Below, piece by piece: positions 36,593-50,956 of a stretch of 64,000 nucleotides of DNA. The DNA lies in contig OZ024742.1 of the NCBI GenBank assembly GCA_964016885.1, positions 54,436,001 through 54,500,000 on the forward strand, written 5' to 3'. Source of the DNA: Eledone cirrhosa (Eukaryota). Positions within the stretch are counted from its first letter, which is position 1. Each line of letters begins with the position of its first letter. Below the pieces are notes generated by a model. The model was not told where the DNA came from. It did no database searches and worked only from the letters and a program-made list of their open reading frames with translations. The translations under genes were made by a program, and so were the position numbers.

Positions 36593-37186
36593 ATATATAT
36601 ACAAATGGAAGTTCAGTAAAATCGAAGTTTTGGCTGTGGCTAAGCTAACGATATACAATCCGGAATGAGCAGCAAAGCACACGATAAGGTTGTATCTTTG
36701 AGTAATAACATACGGTGGAAAGCTTGACAAATTGACCACATGAACCAAAGCAACGAGAAAACCAACTCAGGATATTTTGACCAACCTGGAACATCTCATC
36801 AATATTATGCAATATCTCCGATAGATTTCTATGAATCCTAAATCAATAATTCCACTTGCGCAGTATGCAAGATTTTGGTTTTGGATGATAGAACAGTGGA
36901 TTCACTTTATCAACAGGCTTCCGTTCTGTGCCGCGAGCGGGTGTGAAACGTAGCAGTAAAACTGCTGGTGGTCACGTGGTTTTTCCCAAAGGGAGGTAAC
37001 CCCCGGTTTTGGCGGTCTAATTCAAATTGTGAACAAAGGAATCAATTCCATTCCACAAACCAAATAAAGCTCTCGACTAGATGTTATTAAACAAACATAA
37101 ATAATTAACCAATCAATAGAATTGTCTAATTAAATTAATTAATTAATCATTAAGTCTAAGAGATAATAATCCAAATGGAAGTTCAA

Positions 37187-37191
37187 TATAT

Positions 37192-37275
<84 letters not shown>

Positions 37276-37350
37276 ATGTGCGCGCGTGTGTGTGTGTGTG
37301 TATGTGCGCGTGCGTGTGTGTGTGTGTGTGTGCGTGTGCATGTGTGTGTT
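37187..37350. repeat. (TA)n-(TG)n microsatellite
   Basis: Directly visible. Confidence 0.97.
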
Positions 37351-37939
37351 TATATATGTATGTTCGTGTTTATGTGTTTGCTCATTATTTATCCATCTCT
37401 CTCTCTCAAAATATTTCATTCATAATCATGCACGTCATGTTTTTCGCAAATGACAATCAGCGTCCCTTTCGGATCGATTTACTCATTACAGAGAATGGAG
37501 ATCAGAAACGGAGCATGTTCATCATTTTGTTTTGCTCGAATATCACTTCTGTTATATATTCAATATACAGAATATCAAAATGTCATCAAAGACATTGACA
37601 TATAAAAAAAGTTAAACAGTATCTAATGAAAATAAAACACACTATTAGGAAACAGAAATAGAACAAAAAGAAAAGAAAATAGGGGAAAAAGAAACAAGGT
37701 TCAAGTAACAAGAGAAATGGAGAGGGGTGAGACAGACACAACAGTCCATTCTGAGTTTACCTCATCCGCACCCTGTGGAGAATGACTAGGGACACCAGCT
37801 GTAACAGCCTCCCCTACTTCCAGGGCTCCTTCCTCAATTAGGCTGCCCTCGTTCCGACGTTACAAAGGAAATCAATAGTGCGTGGACTATTTATATTAAG
37901 ATGGCGCATGTAATAGTCTCTGTAGTTGCAGGAAATCAG

Positions 37940-38440
37940 AAGTTCCCAGCTTCCACAAAGATGGATCGAGTTTGGCGCTCAAATTTTTCTAACCACACCA
38001 AGATCAGACCCTTCCAAGTAACAATTCAACTAATCTTGCTATATGGAAGTGAAACATGGACGCCTTCATCGAAATAACAAAAGCACCTTGATGGCACTTA
38101 AACTAGCCTTCCTCAAAGCATCCAGAACATAGGCTAGCGACATCTGCATTTAAGAGAGATATATGCCGACCTCCCACACATATCTGTCGTTGTACGTAAA
38201 AGGAGATTAAGATTTGCTGGCCACTGCCATCGTGCCACCTACGAGGTTGTGTCCCCATTAGAGCTTTGGAAACCACAAGCAGTCACTAATAACAGGGGGC
38301 GCCAGCTCTCCTACCCTGATGTCATATCCAGAGATTAACGTATTGAAATCCAGAATTTAGCAACGGCAATGAACGACAGACACACAAGGAGATCAATTGT
38401 TGAGTCCATTCCGGCTGAGGCTGCCGGATGATGATGATAT
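37940..38440 (+). mobile_element. RTE-clade LINE 3' fragment
   Basis: ILLYGSETWT, RKRRLRFAGHC, GRQLSYPD, AMNDR; (GAT)n tail at ~38428. Confidence 0.8.
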
Positions 38441-39390
38441 GTGTAAATGATTCAAAATTATCACAAGAACCAATAATCGTTTTTGAGTAAAAAAATATTT
38501 TATATAAACGTTTATTAGATTTTGAATAATTCGCGTGATGAACATGGCACCAGCAATTCATATAAGATTGTTGAAATAATAGATGAATTCTATATTTATT
38601 TTACAATATATTTAGAAAATCACAAATGTCAAATAATACAGATCAAATATATAATTATGAATTCTAGATGCTTACAAAGACAACTAATCTATGAATGGCA
38701 TGTGGATGTCATATATAAAAGATATATTATATCTACATGCAAATATTTAATACGATATTCGAAGCTACTTGTTTCAAATTGTAAGAAGCATTGCCAGGTT
38801 TCCAAAGCTTCATATTCGGCTATTAGGATTAGGTTCAACGTTTCATTTCCTTCCTCAGCATGAATACTTTTTATTGTTATCTATTGTTTGTTACGTTGAT
38901 CAGTTTTCCTTTTCTGATATTCGATCACTTTTTTACTGGTCCACATGATAAGGAGTATTATTTCCATTTGTTACAAAGTCAGTGTACTTTATTGTATTTC
39001 CATTTATAAACTTTTATCCATTTATAAACTGTATCAATACACACACACCACACACACACATATATATATATATAATTGTTTTTCACCGCTCCTATTAATG
39101 ACGTATTATATTCGTTGTTTCCCGTTCTTTGCCAGGGAATGTTTCCACGAACCAAAGTATCGTCTTCCTGTCTTCCTCCGGCTGCAACGTTTTTTGAAAT
39201 ATCCAGTTCTGCGTTTACAGATTGACTTTGTTAGTTTCAGAAGATCCCGTTAAGGGTGAAAGCAGCGATTCTTTGCTTAAACTTTAATCTGTTATTTTAA
39301 TAAATATTTGCCGTGCGGTTCTTATATATTTGATATATATTTATCCTTATCGAGCCCTCTTTGGATTTTAGTCTTCAAATTTATTATTAT

Positions 39391-39468
<78 letters not shown>

Positions 39469-39469
39469 T

Positions 39470-40225
39470 CCTTTACCTGTTCCAGCCATCCTGCTAAGGC
39501 TATTCATTGCAATATCTTCTTCTTATTCGAAATGTGAAAGACGGGACCTTTGGTACCACACAGTGACGTCCTGTCTGGAGGCTGGTCCAGCTCTCAATGC
39601 CAAAGTTTGGTGCTAGTCCCTCCAGGACTTTCCATACGTATATCATTACATATCCTTCCCGTTTTCGTTCCGTGGAGTAGAGTTTCAGTTCTTTTAGCCT
39701 CTCCCAGTAGCTCATATCCTTCATCGTCTCAATCTTCTTGGTGTAGCTTTGTTGGATTACCTCAAACTCCGTGGTTAGTTGGATACTATGGGGTGACCAC
39801 AGTTGGGAGCAGTAGTCCAGTCAGCTTAGGAAAAAATGTCCTCCATAGTATCAACATGGTCTCTCGGTCTCTTATCTGGATAGTCCTCAAGATCCAGCCA
39901 GCGAGTAGTCTGCACATTGTCGCCATCCTCATGATGTTACAAGAAAAAGATGCATCATCACTCATGTGTATCTCCAGTTCTCGTATCGATTTCGACGCGA
40001 GGATTTCGATCCCTCCTGGTCAAGTGTAGATGTGTTGTACTGTTTTCTGTTAACAGGTTGGAATTGTAGGGGTTGAAATTGTCCAGCATAAACTGCATGT
40101 TGGATCACGCCATTTGTATATGTCATGCAGATCTTGTTGTAAAAGGGCAGCGTCAGCCGGGTTTTTGATTGCCTGTGCTACCTTTGTGCCATCAACATAG
40201 CTAGTGAGGTATGTTCTATGTACTA
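39470..40225 (-). mobile_element. CR1-clade LINE RT fragment
   Basis: SYVDGTKV..LQQDLHDIYKW; MSYWERLKELKLYSTERKRE..IYVWKVLEGL. Confidence 0.8.
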
Positions 40226-40241
40226 TAATCACACACACACA

Positions 40242-40289
<48 letters not shown>

Positions 40290-41244
40290 CAACATGAAAT
40301 TTATGACCCAGATAGAACGTTAGCTAAAGTTTTTAAATATATTTGATTAAACATTTAGCTAACCCTCTAACTGGGTTACATATCATGTCGTTATTTTTCA
40401 TTTGTTAAATCAAAAGAAAATAGAAAGTCTGATAGTACTAGTTAATCACTTTTCAAAGAAATTGAATTCTTTCAGATTGTAATGTTTTTACTTTTATTTT
40501 GATATTATTTATTTATATTTACTTTCTTAATTCTAAACAGTTATTGATCGGCTAATGTTGATTCGGAATTTGAAGTTTACTGTTTCGTAAAGCCGCAATA
40601 AAATCGATATGTGTGCTACTAAAGTAACGCTACTAATGTAATTGTATTACTCATGTAAGCCATTCTTCGTGAACGTTTCGTTCCAAACATTTCTTTTTTT
40701 TATTTGCATAGTTTAAGTATTTTCATTTATTACATTGTATAGTTATTTTAAGGGAAATATATCTATATAGAAATATATAGTGACATATTTCATACATACA
40801 TCGATGTTATTTGTTTACAGACCTTTACGAGATTATCATTACCGTATCTCTGTCCTTCGTGCATTGTATGTAATTGTACGATTCATTTTTGCGCTAATAT
40901 TGTCTCATTTACGCAGTGTAAAGGACTAATTTACATAATACCATATATATGCGCTCTTTTCCATTATATGATCTTATATGTAACATTTCACCTACAATTA
41001 ATGCCACAATTACACACACCAATAAATATATGAAAGTTATACGGTAATGATAATTTCATAAAGGCCGGTAAACAAATAATATAAAGACATATACAAACTA
41101 CCTAACTTCTACTTTCTATGTAGATGTAATTCATTCACAAAAAGCTCTATATTCATTCATTCTAAATCTTTCAGAAATAGAACCAGAAGATACACACTGT
41201 CATTCTAACCATTTCTGATATTATTACAATGGATTTCACTAAAC

Positions 41245-41400
41245 AGGCGGTGCTCTTCCCGTATTGTTTGCCCAGCTACAGCACATGTTAATCTCACTCC
41301 CACTCGTCACCACTATTGGGATCAGAACCCAAACTTTCACCAACTGTTTCTTAAATTCTTCCTCTCCAGAATACGTTTCATTGGAAATTCCGTCCTTGTA
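41245..41400 (-). mobile_element. Possible Tc1/mariner transposase C-terminal remnant
   Basis: Frameshifted peptides FKKQLVKVWVLIP and DEWE-RLTCAVA resemble the Tc1 C-terminus; weak. Confidence 0.25.
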
Positions 41401-42329
41401 GATGTATTTTCATCCACTGTTGAATATAAATTATTCATGTGTTAGAATGATACAATTTTGCATAATGAAACTGGTCTGGCAATCATATTTCAACCTTATT
41501 TTAGTCTTTAATTGTGAGTTTAAGTTACGAATTTGCAGTTCACTGTTAATACGATATATCATTCATGATATTAACTATTCTGTTTACAAATCTATAGTGA
41601 AATCCTTAACTCTGTGATTTCCGAGTATTTATGAAAATAATAAAGAATTTGAAAAAAGTCAATGATATAAATAAACTTCTCGCTGTTGCCTTGGTGTCAG
41701 AATTTCTAATATAAAATTATGGTTGGTGTTTGGATAAATATGAAGAATTTAAAACAAATAGTTTTTCTCATAGATGCAGAGACTGTATCAAATGGATTGG
41801 TACACAAATGGTTAAACACGAAGTGAATTTGAAATGAAATCCGACTCTAACCATAAATCCTTTCTTCCGACACTTATGATATGGAAGTGACAGCTGCAGT
41901 AATTAAAAAATAATGAGGAAATTTTAATTTAGGTCACAAATTATTCCAGCCACCGATCTCATAAAACTATCAACTGCCTTTAGGAAAATTAAAGCATTAA
42001 TAACGTTAACTGAAATTATAAATATCACAATCAACTTACTTCTTGTCCTTATATAACATGAGTGCTTCTAAAATAAATCATAATTTGCCGTTGAAATTTC
42101 TTTTACAATATTGAGATGATTTATGACAAAGTCGAGTAATATTTCCTTAAAATGTATGTATGTGGGTTTTGGATCTCCGATTACTATTCCTTTAAAATGA
42201 AAGTGTATATGTGTGTTTTAGTATTTATGTATGTGAGAGATGGACACACGTAAATATTAACGTGCGTTTAGCCGAGAATTCCAGAGACACGATACTTTGA
42301 CGTAGATTTTACCAGAGAGATTCTACGTG

Positions 42330-42510
42330 ATACAGAATGTTAAAAAGCTGTCCCATTAAAGTACAATTAAAACACATTTTATTTCAGATGTGTGGCGCTG
42401 GAGCAAATTTAGGTAATGTTTCTTACTCAAAGAAACAACGCAACGCCGAGGAATCGAACTTATGACTTTACGATTGTAAAACGAGCAGACTAACTACTAT
42501 GTAATATGGC
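42330..42510 (-). mobile_element. tRNA-derived CORE-like SINE
   Basis: Minus-strand B-box AGTTCGATTCC followed by GCGTTGTTTCTTTGAGTAAGA; degenerate. Confidence 0.55.
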
Positions 42511-42939
42511 GTCTTATTTGAAATGTCAGTATTGCATAACATATATTTATTTGATCCTGTTGCCATCTAATTTATAATTAAATCACAATCCTTGGCATAT
42601 TCAAATAATTGTTTATACTTTTGATTCAAATAATGTTTAAGAACTAATATGAAGACCAAACACTGCAAAATAATATAATACAATTGATTTGATATGTGAT
42701 TAAGAAGTTCACTTCTAGGCTTTTGTTTCGGTTGCTGTGAGAAACTATAGTCAAATGATTACGTTTATAGACATAGTGTTAGCAATGCAATGTATATATA
42801 TATATCAACATATTTGCTTCAAACGGGGTGTAGATGTAAATACAGGTGTCGACAGTTACAAATATAAAAAAAACTCACCACATATGCCTTATTACTTTAG
42901 GAAAATAATACGATAATGCTTTTGCTTTCACACACACAC

Positions 42940-44490
42940 CATAGGGTCAAACCATCGTCGCGGTATAATCCCGTGTGGAAGTTCGGGAATCTATTACGTA
43001 ATATATCTAAAATAAATAAGCCAACCAAGTCGCATACATCAGCACTATCGAATGATCCCATTGAGATGTCGAATAGTTCTCAACAAGGAGTAGCCTGAGC
43101 AAAGAAGTCAACTACTTCAGAACTATTTGACGTCTCAATGGGATCATACGATAGTGTTGATGTATGCAACTTCGTTGGCTTATTTATTTTAGATATATTA
43201 CGTACTAGATTCCCGGATTTCCACACGGGATTATACCGCGACTATGGTCTGACCCTATAGAGCCATAAAAGTGGTCATTACCTGGACCGGTTTAAAACAT
43301 ATTTAATTTCTACTTTTAATGAATTAGGACTTAGGATAACGGTAGCTACCAACCTCACTAGCGTAGAATACTTAGAAATAAATTTACACCTTCGTACACA
43401 CACCCTTAGACCATTCCATAAATTAAATGAAAAACTTAATTAAATACACAAGGACTCATGCCACCCTCCTACAGTTTTTAGAAACTTCGTGGATTATATC
43501 CGTACTAGAATCTCTAACCTCTCCTCTAATAAAGCAATCTTTGACAGAGCGACACCCTACTACAACGCGGCGTTAGCTAACAGCGGCTTCGCGTAATCAA
43601 TTACTTACTCCCCCGCTATCACCAACATCAATAAGAAAAGAAATCGTACCAATAGACAAACTATCTGGTTCTCTCCCCACTTCTCACTCAACGTTAAAAC
43701 TAATGTAGGAAAAACCTTTTTAGCTCTCGTAGATAGACACTTTCCCATAGGTCACAAATAGTGCTCCATCTTTAACAGACACAGGGTGAAACTAGGATAC
43801 TCCTGTGCTAAGAATATGAAGACCCAACAGCACTAAGAGCAGCACCCCACCAGGATGCTTTTGCCGAAAACCCGAAGCTTGTTCCCTTCAACAATAATGC
43901 AACACACCCGCTGTAATTTATGAAGCTGTGGTCACTTCCAGCCGGCTAAATCAACAACAAGAGGTTAAATCCTATGTAGGTATGGCGGAGGGCCGGTTTA
44001 AGGAACGCTTCCCGAACCATCAGTCGATCTTTAGATATTCGGACAAACGAACGTCCACGAAACATGCGAGCCACTTATGGTCCCTCAAAGACTCACGCGT
44101 AGACTACTCCATCCATTGGAAAGCTAGCACTACGTCCAAGTCATACGCAAGGGGTAATCCGTCCTGTGGACTGTGCATTGAAGAAAGGATCAGTATCCTG
44201 AGAAGTTGACGCAATAACAATTGCCTAAATTCAAGGTATGAGCTTTTCTCACGTTGTCCACACGTCTGGAAACACCTCTTGCATAATTACAAAGCTTCAG
44301 ATTGAATGACATCAACATTCTAATATTCTGATCAACTTGAATAATTTATTTCGGACATTCGCAGTTATCTCCCTTACACCTTTCGACCGTGGGATTATAT
44401 CTCCTAGGATGGTTTTTCCTTTTCCGTACAACTTCACTCTGAAGATCTTCTTAAGGTGAAAAATGTGTTCTCGGTATGGTGACCTAACTC
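42940..44490 (+). mobile_element. Penelope-like element (GLYRDDG-type RT plus C-terminal GIY-YIG), 5'-truncated with an inverted 5' segment
   Basis: FDVSMGSYD, GLYRD, IWFSPHFSLNVKTNVGKTFL, VIYEAVV..SYVGMAEGRFKERFPNH..HLWSLK..W..CGLCIEE; clade not resolved. Confidence 0.85.
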
Positions 44491-44500
44491 TTGTAGAGCT

Positions 44501-44700
<200 letters not shown>

Positions 44701-47460
44701 AAAAAACTGAAAATATCTGATAGAACCGAGCCTGTAACACCTTGTAACCCCACATTTAACGTAAAGGATTACAAAAATAATTTCGAAATAGACCCCGCAA
44801 TTAGATTAATATGCCAATCGAAATCGTAATAGGTAGAATTAGCAAGTATATACTAGATAGAGTAATCGCACAAATTAAGGACAAACTAGTAATTAAGCTA
44901 TGGGGTAACACTAACGAAGCAATAGACTGGTTCAGCAAAATAAACAGTAGAGAAACATCCAACTTCGTACAGTTCGACATTAATGACTACTACTCATCCA
45001 TATCCCCAGTCACCCTGGATAAAGCGCTAACCTTTGCCCAGAAAAATTCGGACCTTACCTCGGACGAAATTAAAATAATACTAGCTGCTAGGAGGACTAT
45101 CATAGATTACTGGGAACGAAAGAACAGACAGAATAGCTTCGATATCACAATGGGATCTAACGACTCGGCGCAGGTAACGGATTTGATAGGAATATATATA
45201 GCGCACAACTCACATAAGGAATTCAATAACCTCCAGGGAGGAATTTACAGAGACGACAGACTCCTTTTAGCCAAAAACTTAAATAATCAAAACATGTAAA
45301 AATTACGAAAAAACATCAGAGTATTATTCAACAAACTAGGCCTAGGTATCACTTTCGAACTTAACTCTAAAATAAGCAAATTTCACTCAACCTAAACACA
45401 GGATTAATAGAGCCCTTCCATAAGAATAAAGATAATCTAGCCTACATTAGTTATAATTCAAACCACACCCGATCCATAATTAACTCCATAGTACATAGGC
45501 GGGATATTCTGAGGGATATACTATCTTCTAACCTAAAGATTTTTAACGAACCCGCAAACTATTATAACATAGCTTTACATAAAGCTGGACATAAGGAGAA
45601 GCTGGAATATATACTAGATAGAGACAGCAGCAACAAACCTAACGAGAACTACACTACTCGCACCTATAGAAGTAACACGTATAGGACTAAGCATGGAATT
45701 AGACAACGAGCACCAAAAATAAATGAACCGAACACTTATATAAGGACACCCCAAAACTATAGAAGGGACAGAGATAGAAAATATCTATGGTTCAATCCAA
45801 TATTCAACTCCTCTATAAAAACTAAACTACCTTCTACATTATTTAAGCTAATAGACAAGCACTTCCCTAAACTACAAAAATACCATAAAATCTTTAATAG
45901 AAAAACTATAAAACTATCTTACTCTACTGCAGCCAATATAGAATCACACATACGTAAAATCAACCACAAGAATATCTCTAAATGAAATTAACCTACCAAC
46001 ATACACCATAGCACCAAATACAAAACGCAAACACATAACAACATCAACACCACAAACACATCAGAGCGCATCACAACAAAACACTAATAGGCCTAAATTA
46101 CAACTCACACACAACAACTTACAAAACCGCAACGGAGAACCTGCACACAGAAAAACCTCAAATTGTAATTGCCACCTACCAGATAAGTACCCACTATAAA
46201 ATAGATGCCTGGATTCGAGTATGGTGTACCTGTGTACTGTAAATTCAGGCAACTCTACTTGGCACTACATAGGCTCCGCGGCTGGAGAGTTCAAGAAAAG
46301 GTGGTAAATCCACAGACACTCCTTGAACCGTAGACTAGAGCACTCTACGACGCTCGCCAATAAAATCTGGCAGCTTAAAAACACAAACCAAGAATATAAG
46401 ACTAGCTGGTCCATATTATCGGTAGCAAGGGCCTAAAGCAACGGAATGTCCCTCTGCGGAGTTTGTAATTTAGAACTATTCCATATTTTAAGGTACGATA
46501 AGATATTGCTTAACAGCAAAATAGAAAGACCAATTTTCTGTAGGCATAGAATAGCTACCAGATTCACAAACTTCAAACCACCGTGATTCGAACCAGCAAT
46601 CCCAAAATTTGAACTGAACCACCTGGATTTTAGCATATGGAATACACACCATCACACTGCTATTAGCTGTCAAACGGCCAACTGGGCACTAGATCATAAA
46701 TCTCTGAACATCTCGTTCACCCTCTTTCCCTGAAACAACATCAACCCCGTTAAGACAAGACAATCAGCATAACATTTACCACACATGTTTATCAAACCTC
46801 CCTTCACCATCCACCCCTAGCCCTTAAATCTCATATTTGTGTCCCCTTATTAATCTCCAATTTATTGCTTTTTCTTTTTTCTTTTATCTGTCACTACATC
46901 AGGCTCTCTACACGTATCTATGTATGTTTCGAATTTGACTTTACATGTTAGCACTAAAGCCACCAAACAATCCTTATAAGAACACTTACTCACCACCACC
47001 GCAAGTATACTCTGTACTTACATGCTCTCAGTTATCCTTATTTATTTCTTTATATTTTCCATTTTCTTATTTTCTTACTTTCTTAATGTATCTTTTCTTA
47101 TCTTTTACATTTTACAAGCGCACAAGTATAGCTGCTTTTACAAAACGTTTTTTTTCCATTTCAGGTAGACGCGCTCTATCATCAACTTTTCTAAAAAGAT
47201 AAATCATACACAAAACGCCAGCATCAACAGTTTTCCAAGAGATGTTAACATCAAGGGATCTGTTATTTTTATGTAAGAAATTTTTTCCGATTAAAACCCG
47301 GCCGTCCCTTCAATCTATCTTATTTCTCATTCTTTTTTCTGATGAAGAACTAGCGTCCAAAACGTTAAGACCTTCTTCCTGCTACTTCAAGCGTTAACCT
47401 AATATATTCCTTCCATATACTGTACCGATTGTGTTGTTATTTCTGTTTACCTTTTACATA
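44701..47460 (+). mobile_element. Second Penelope-like element (RT, GIY-YIG, long 3' region ending in a hammerhead-like motif), decayed
   Basis: GRISKYIL, FVQFDINDYYSSI, FDITMGSNDSAQVTDLIG, GIYRDD, WFNP, CNC..MVYLCTV..YIGSAAGEFKKRW..CGVCNLE; CTGATGA at 47339. Assignment of the non-coding 3' part to this element is inferred. Confidence 0.82.
47331..47370 (+). ncRNA. Degenerate minimal hammerhead motif at a PLE end
   Basis: CTGATGA AGAAC TAGC GTCC AAAA CGTT AAGA; GAAA reads AAAA, consistent with CpG decay. Confidence 0.45.
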
Positions 47461-47479
47461 TATATATATTTGTAAAAAA

Positions 47480-48000
47480 CAAAAAACAAAAACAATAACA
47501 AAAAGTGCCGTACGAACAATGTGGTATTAGGTTTACGCTTGAGAGTGGAAGTGCGGGACGACGTTTCAGGAATAACCCCTTCAATAGGAGAAGAGTGGGA
47601 AGGAAAAAAGTTCAGAGCGTGTGAGGGGGAGTGGTGGAAATACATTAAAAAGGGGCAAAAATTAAAAGGAAGGAAAAAAATTAAAATGAAAACAAGCGGT
47701 GAATGGGTGTGAGGCGTGTAGAGGTGGTGGTGGGTGGATGGAGGGGAGAGAGGGGAGAAGGAAACGGGGTCCGAGCGGGGAGGGCGGAAGGTAGTGTGTG
47801 TGTATGTGTGTAGGTGTACGTGTATGTGTGTATGTGTGGATGTGAGTGTGAGTGTTTGGGGAAGAACGAGGTTCCATGTTCGGGTAATAGGAAAACCAGT
47901 GTGTACATGGAGTGGGGTGTAAGTCAGTGTGTGTGTGTGTGTGCGTGTGGATGGAGGGGGGATGGGGGAGAGGGGCGTGCGGAGTCCGGAGGCCGAGTAG
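47480..48000 (-). mobile_element. Related PLE-like terminal segment in opposite orientation
   Basis: Minus strand CTATTGA AGGGG TTA TTCCT GAAA CGTC followed by TCAAGCGTAAACCTAATA, similar to TCAAGCGTTAACCTAATA at 47387. Confidence 0.5.
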
Positions 48001-48032
48001 GTGTATGTGAGGATATGTATGTATTATTTATA

Positions 48033-48109
48033 CAAGGTGTCCCCAAACAATGTATACACATATTTATTAGAATGCTGGTGAAGTGTATATACAATTTTGG
48101 GACACCCAG
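48033..48109. mobile_element. Tc1/mariner-type MITE (~77 bp) with TA target-site duplication
   Basis: TA-CAAGGTGTCCCCAAA ... TTTTGGGACACCCAG-TA. Confidence 0.7.
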
Positions 48110-48120
48110 TATATATATTC

Positions 48121-49159
48121 TCTCTCTCTCGTCTGCGACTTCACAGAACTTATGTTTACCGAATTCGCAGACCAGACCCCTTCTTCCTCCCGTTAGACCT
48201 GTGCGAAATTCCTTCCTTGCTCACATTTCAACCAGGTTTGATGGTCTTTATTCTCTCGTTCACGATTCCACCGAATTTATATTCATAGAAATCTGGGACT
48301 TGTTTCCTTCTTCATCACTTTCTGCTGCTTAAACCATTTTGTTCGTTTACCCTAGCGTCCCCCTTATTTACGTGTCCCAACGACTTTTTTTTAGCCGTTG
48401 CTCGCACCAACCTGAGGTATATGGCCTTTAATGCGACGAAATGCCTACGACGGTTGGATGGCCACTGATGAGGACAAACTTTATCATATGTAACCCATTT
48501 GCAGCGCCGTAGCTCCATTATTATCATATTTACACATATATTTTTTCCTCCGCTGCCACCAGTCTGTTTCGTTCTTTGTGTCTTTACCCTTTCTAGCAGT
48601 CTCTCTCTCTGTTAGCCTCTTCCTCACCTTTCACTCACTCACTCTCTGTCACTACCTCTCCTCCTCCCCTTTCTTCCCGTTTGACCTGTCCATAATCCTT
48701 TTCTTGCGGGCACTTGGCCAAGCCGGTATGAATTTTTTTTCTCTCTCTCTCTCTCGTCTTCGACTTCACAGAACTTATGTTTACCGAATTCGCAGACCAG
48801 ACCCCTTCTTCCTCCCGTTAGAGCTGTGCGAAATTCCTTCCTTGCTCACATTTCAACCAGGTTTGATGGTCTTTATTCTCTCTTTCACGATTCCACCGAA
48901 TTTATATTCATAGAAATCTGGGACTTGTTTCCTTCTTCATCACTTTCTGCTGCTTAAACCATTTTGTTCGTTTACCCTAGCGTCCCCCTTATTTACGTGT
49001 CCCAACGACTTTTTTTTAGCCGTTGCTCGCACCAACCTGAAGTATATGACCTTTAATGCGACGAAATGCCTACGATGGTTGGATGGCCACTGATGAGGAC
49101 AAACTTTTTCATATGTAACCCATTTGCAGCGCCGCAGCTCCATTATTATCATATTTACA
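48121..49159 (+). repeat. Two ~410-bp direct repeats (48121-48534, 48746-49159) separated by a ~210-bp pyrimidine-rich spacer
   Basis: Near-identical copies with a 625-bp offset, each starting after (CT)n. Confidence 0.92.
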
Positions 49160-49843
49160 TATATATATATATATATATTTATGTGTATGTGTGTGAAAAT
49201 ATCTATTTACTTGATGTGGCTCTCTGCCCGTCAGTAATTTCAGAGAAAGTACACATTCTTCAGGGGATATTCGGAATCAAAAGAAAAAACAACAATATAT
49301 CATTACTTTCTTTCTAATGTGTTATGATGCTAAAGCGAAAAGAGTAAAACATATTCCTCACTATATTTTGAAATGCAATAAATAAACTGCACTAACCATC
49401 TCTGATTAGCACATTTAAATATTGCTTTGTCACTTATGTAATCTTCTGAAATAATAGCCTCATTCCTTATGTCATATTTTGAAAAATCATTCTCTGAACT
49501 TCATCTGCTTGTGCATTAGTCTGTTTCATTTTCTTCGTTATTTTGTTTCATTTCTTAATTTTGATTCCCAATGTAATAGGAAATTCAAACGGGTAAATTG
49601 TATAAGAACGTCATTGTTTCCATAGTTCAATCCCTCCACTGTGCGCTCGCCTCAATAAATAATGTTAAACAAAATTAATTGCTCTGCAAATAACAAAATA
49701 TATCTGTTTTGACGGATTACACCACTCGTTGTGAAGGGTTATATTGTGATCATATAGGTAAAGACGTTGGCTATGTGGTAAAGGAGTTCACTTTCCAACC
49801 ACCAATCAGTCATGATGCGTTGCACAAGAACAACCGTCTATTG

Positions 49844-50074
<231 letters not shown>

Positions 50075-50899
50075 TACAGTATTTATTTTTCAAATACGAA
50101 AACAGATAGAGGTAGCTGAATAAGTTTTAGCAGCTCAAAAATATGAGATTTATTACAGTGAACTGTACATCAGGCTACATCATATTTTTAAAAATACCAT
50201 GACCTCCTTAAATTAAAATGATATAATTGGCATTATTTGTTCCCACTCACTCTCTCTTTCTCTCTCTCTCTGTACATATATATATATATGTACAGTGAGA
50301 GAGAGTGAGAGCGAGAGAGAGATAGGGACATAGAGAGAGAGAGAGTGAGAGAGAGAAAGAGGCAAAGAAAGAGAATTATATATAGAGATACATAAAAATA
50401 AACACATATATGTGTGTGGTGTTCTTCCTTTACCAGTTTTGGTCGATAAATGAATGAATTAAATAATTACTCAATTTATCAGATCTATATAAAATTATGA
50501 GTGTGAAGATCAAATAGACAAAACATGCCTAATTTTTCTTCATAACGTTCGTCGACTGGTGTGCAGTTAAATTGCACCTAAGCAATGAGGTAGCCGGCTT
50601 GTCAAGGCACCTCTCAGTGCAAGGATAGATTCCCGAACTGACCGTTACAAGACACAATTTTCAAAAGGGAAAATTATCACATGGTTTTACTGTCATCAGA
50701 GGGGTAGTAAAGGGTAGACTCTGAGCGAGTAATAGAGTTGCTAGTAGAAGCTGTCTATTTCAGCCTAAATTTTACTCAACCATACGGGAGTTAGGACAAA
50801 TTATCGAACATTCGTATACATGTGGTTACATAAGTATGAAGGAAAGTAAGGTATTTTTTGTCTATTTGCTCTTTACACTTACATTTTTTATTATATATA

Positions 50900-50956
<57 letters not shown>

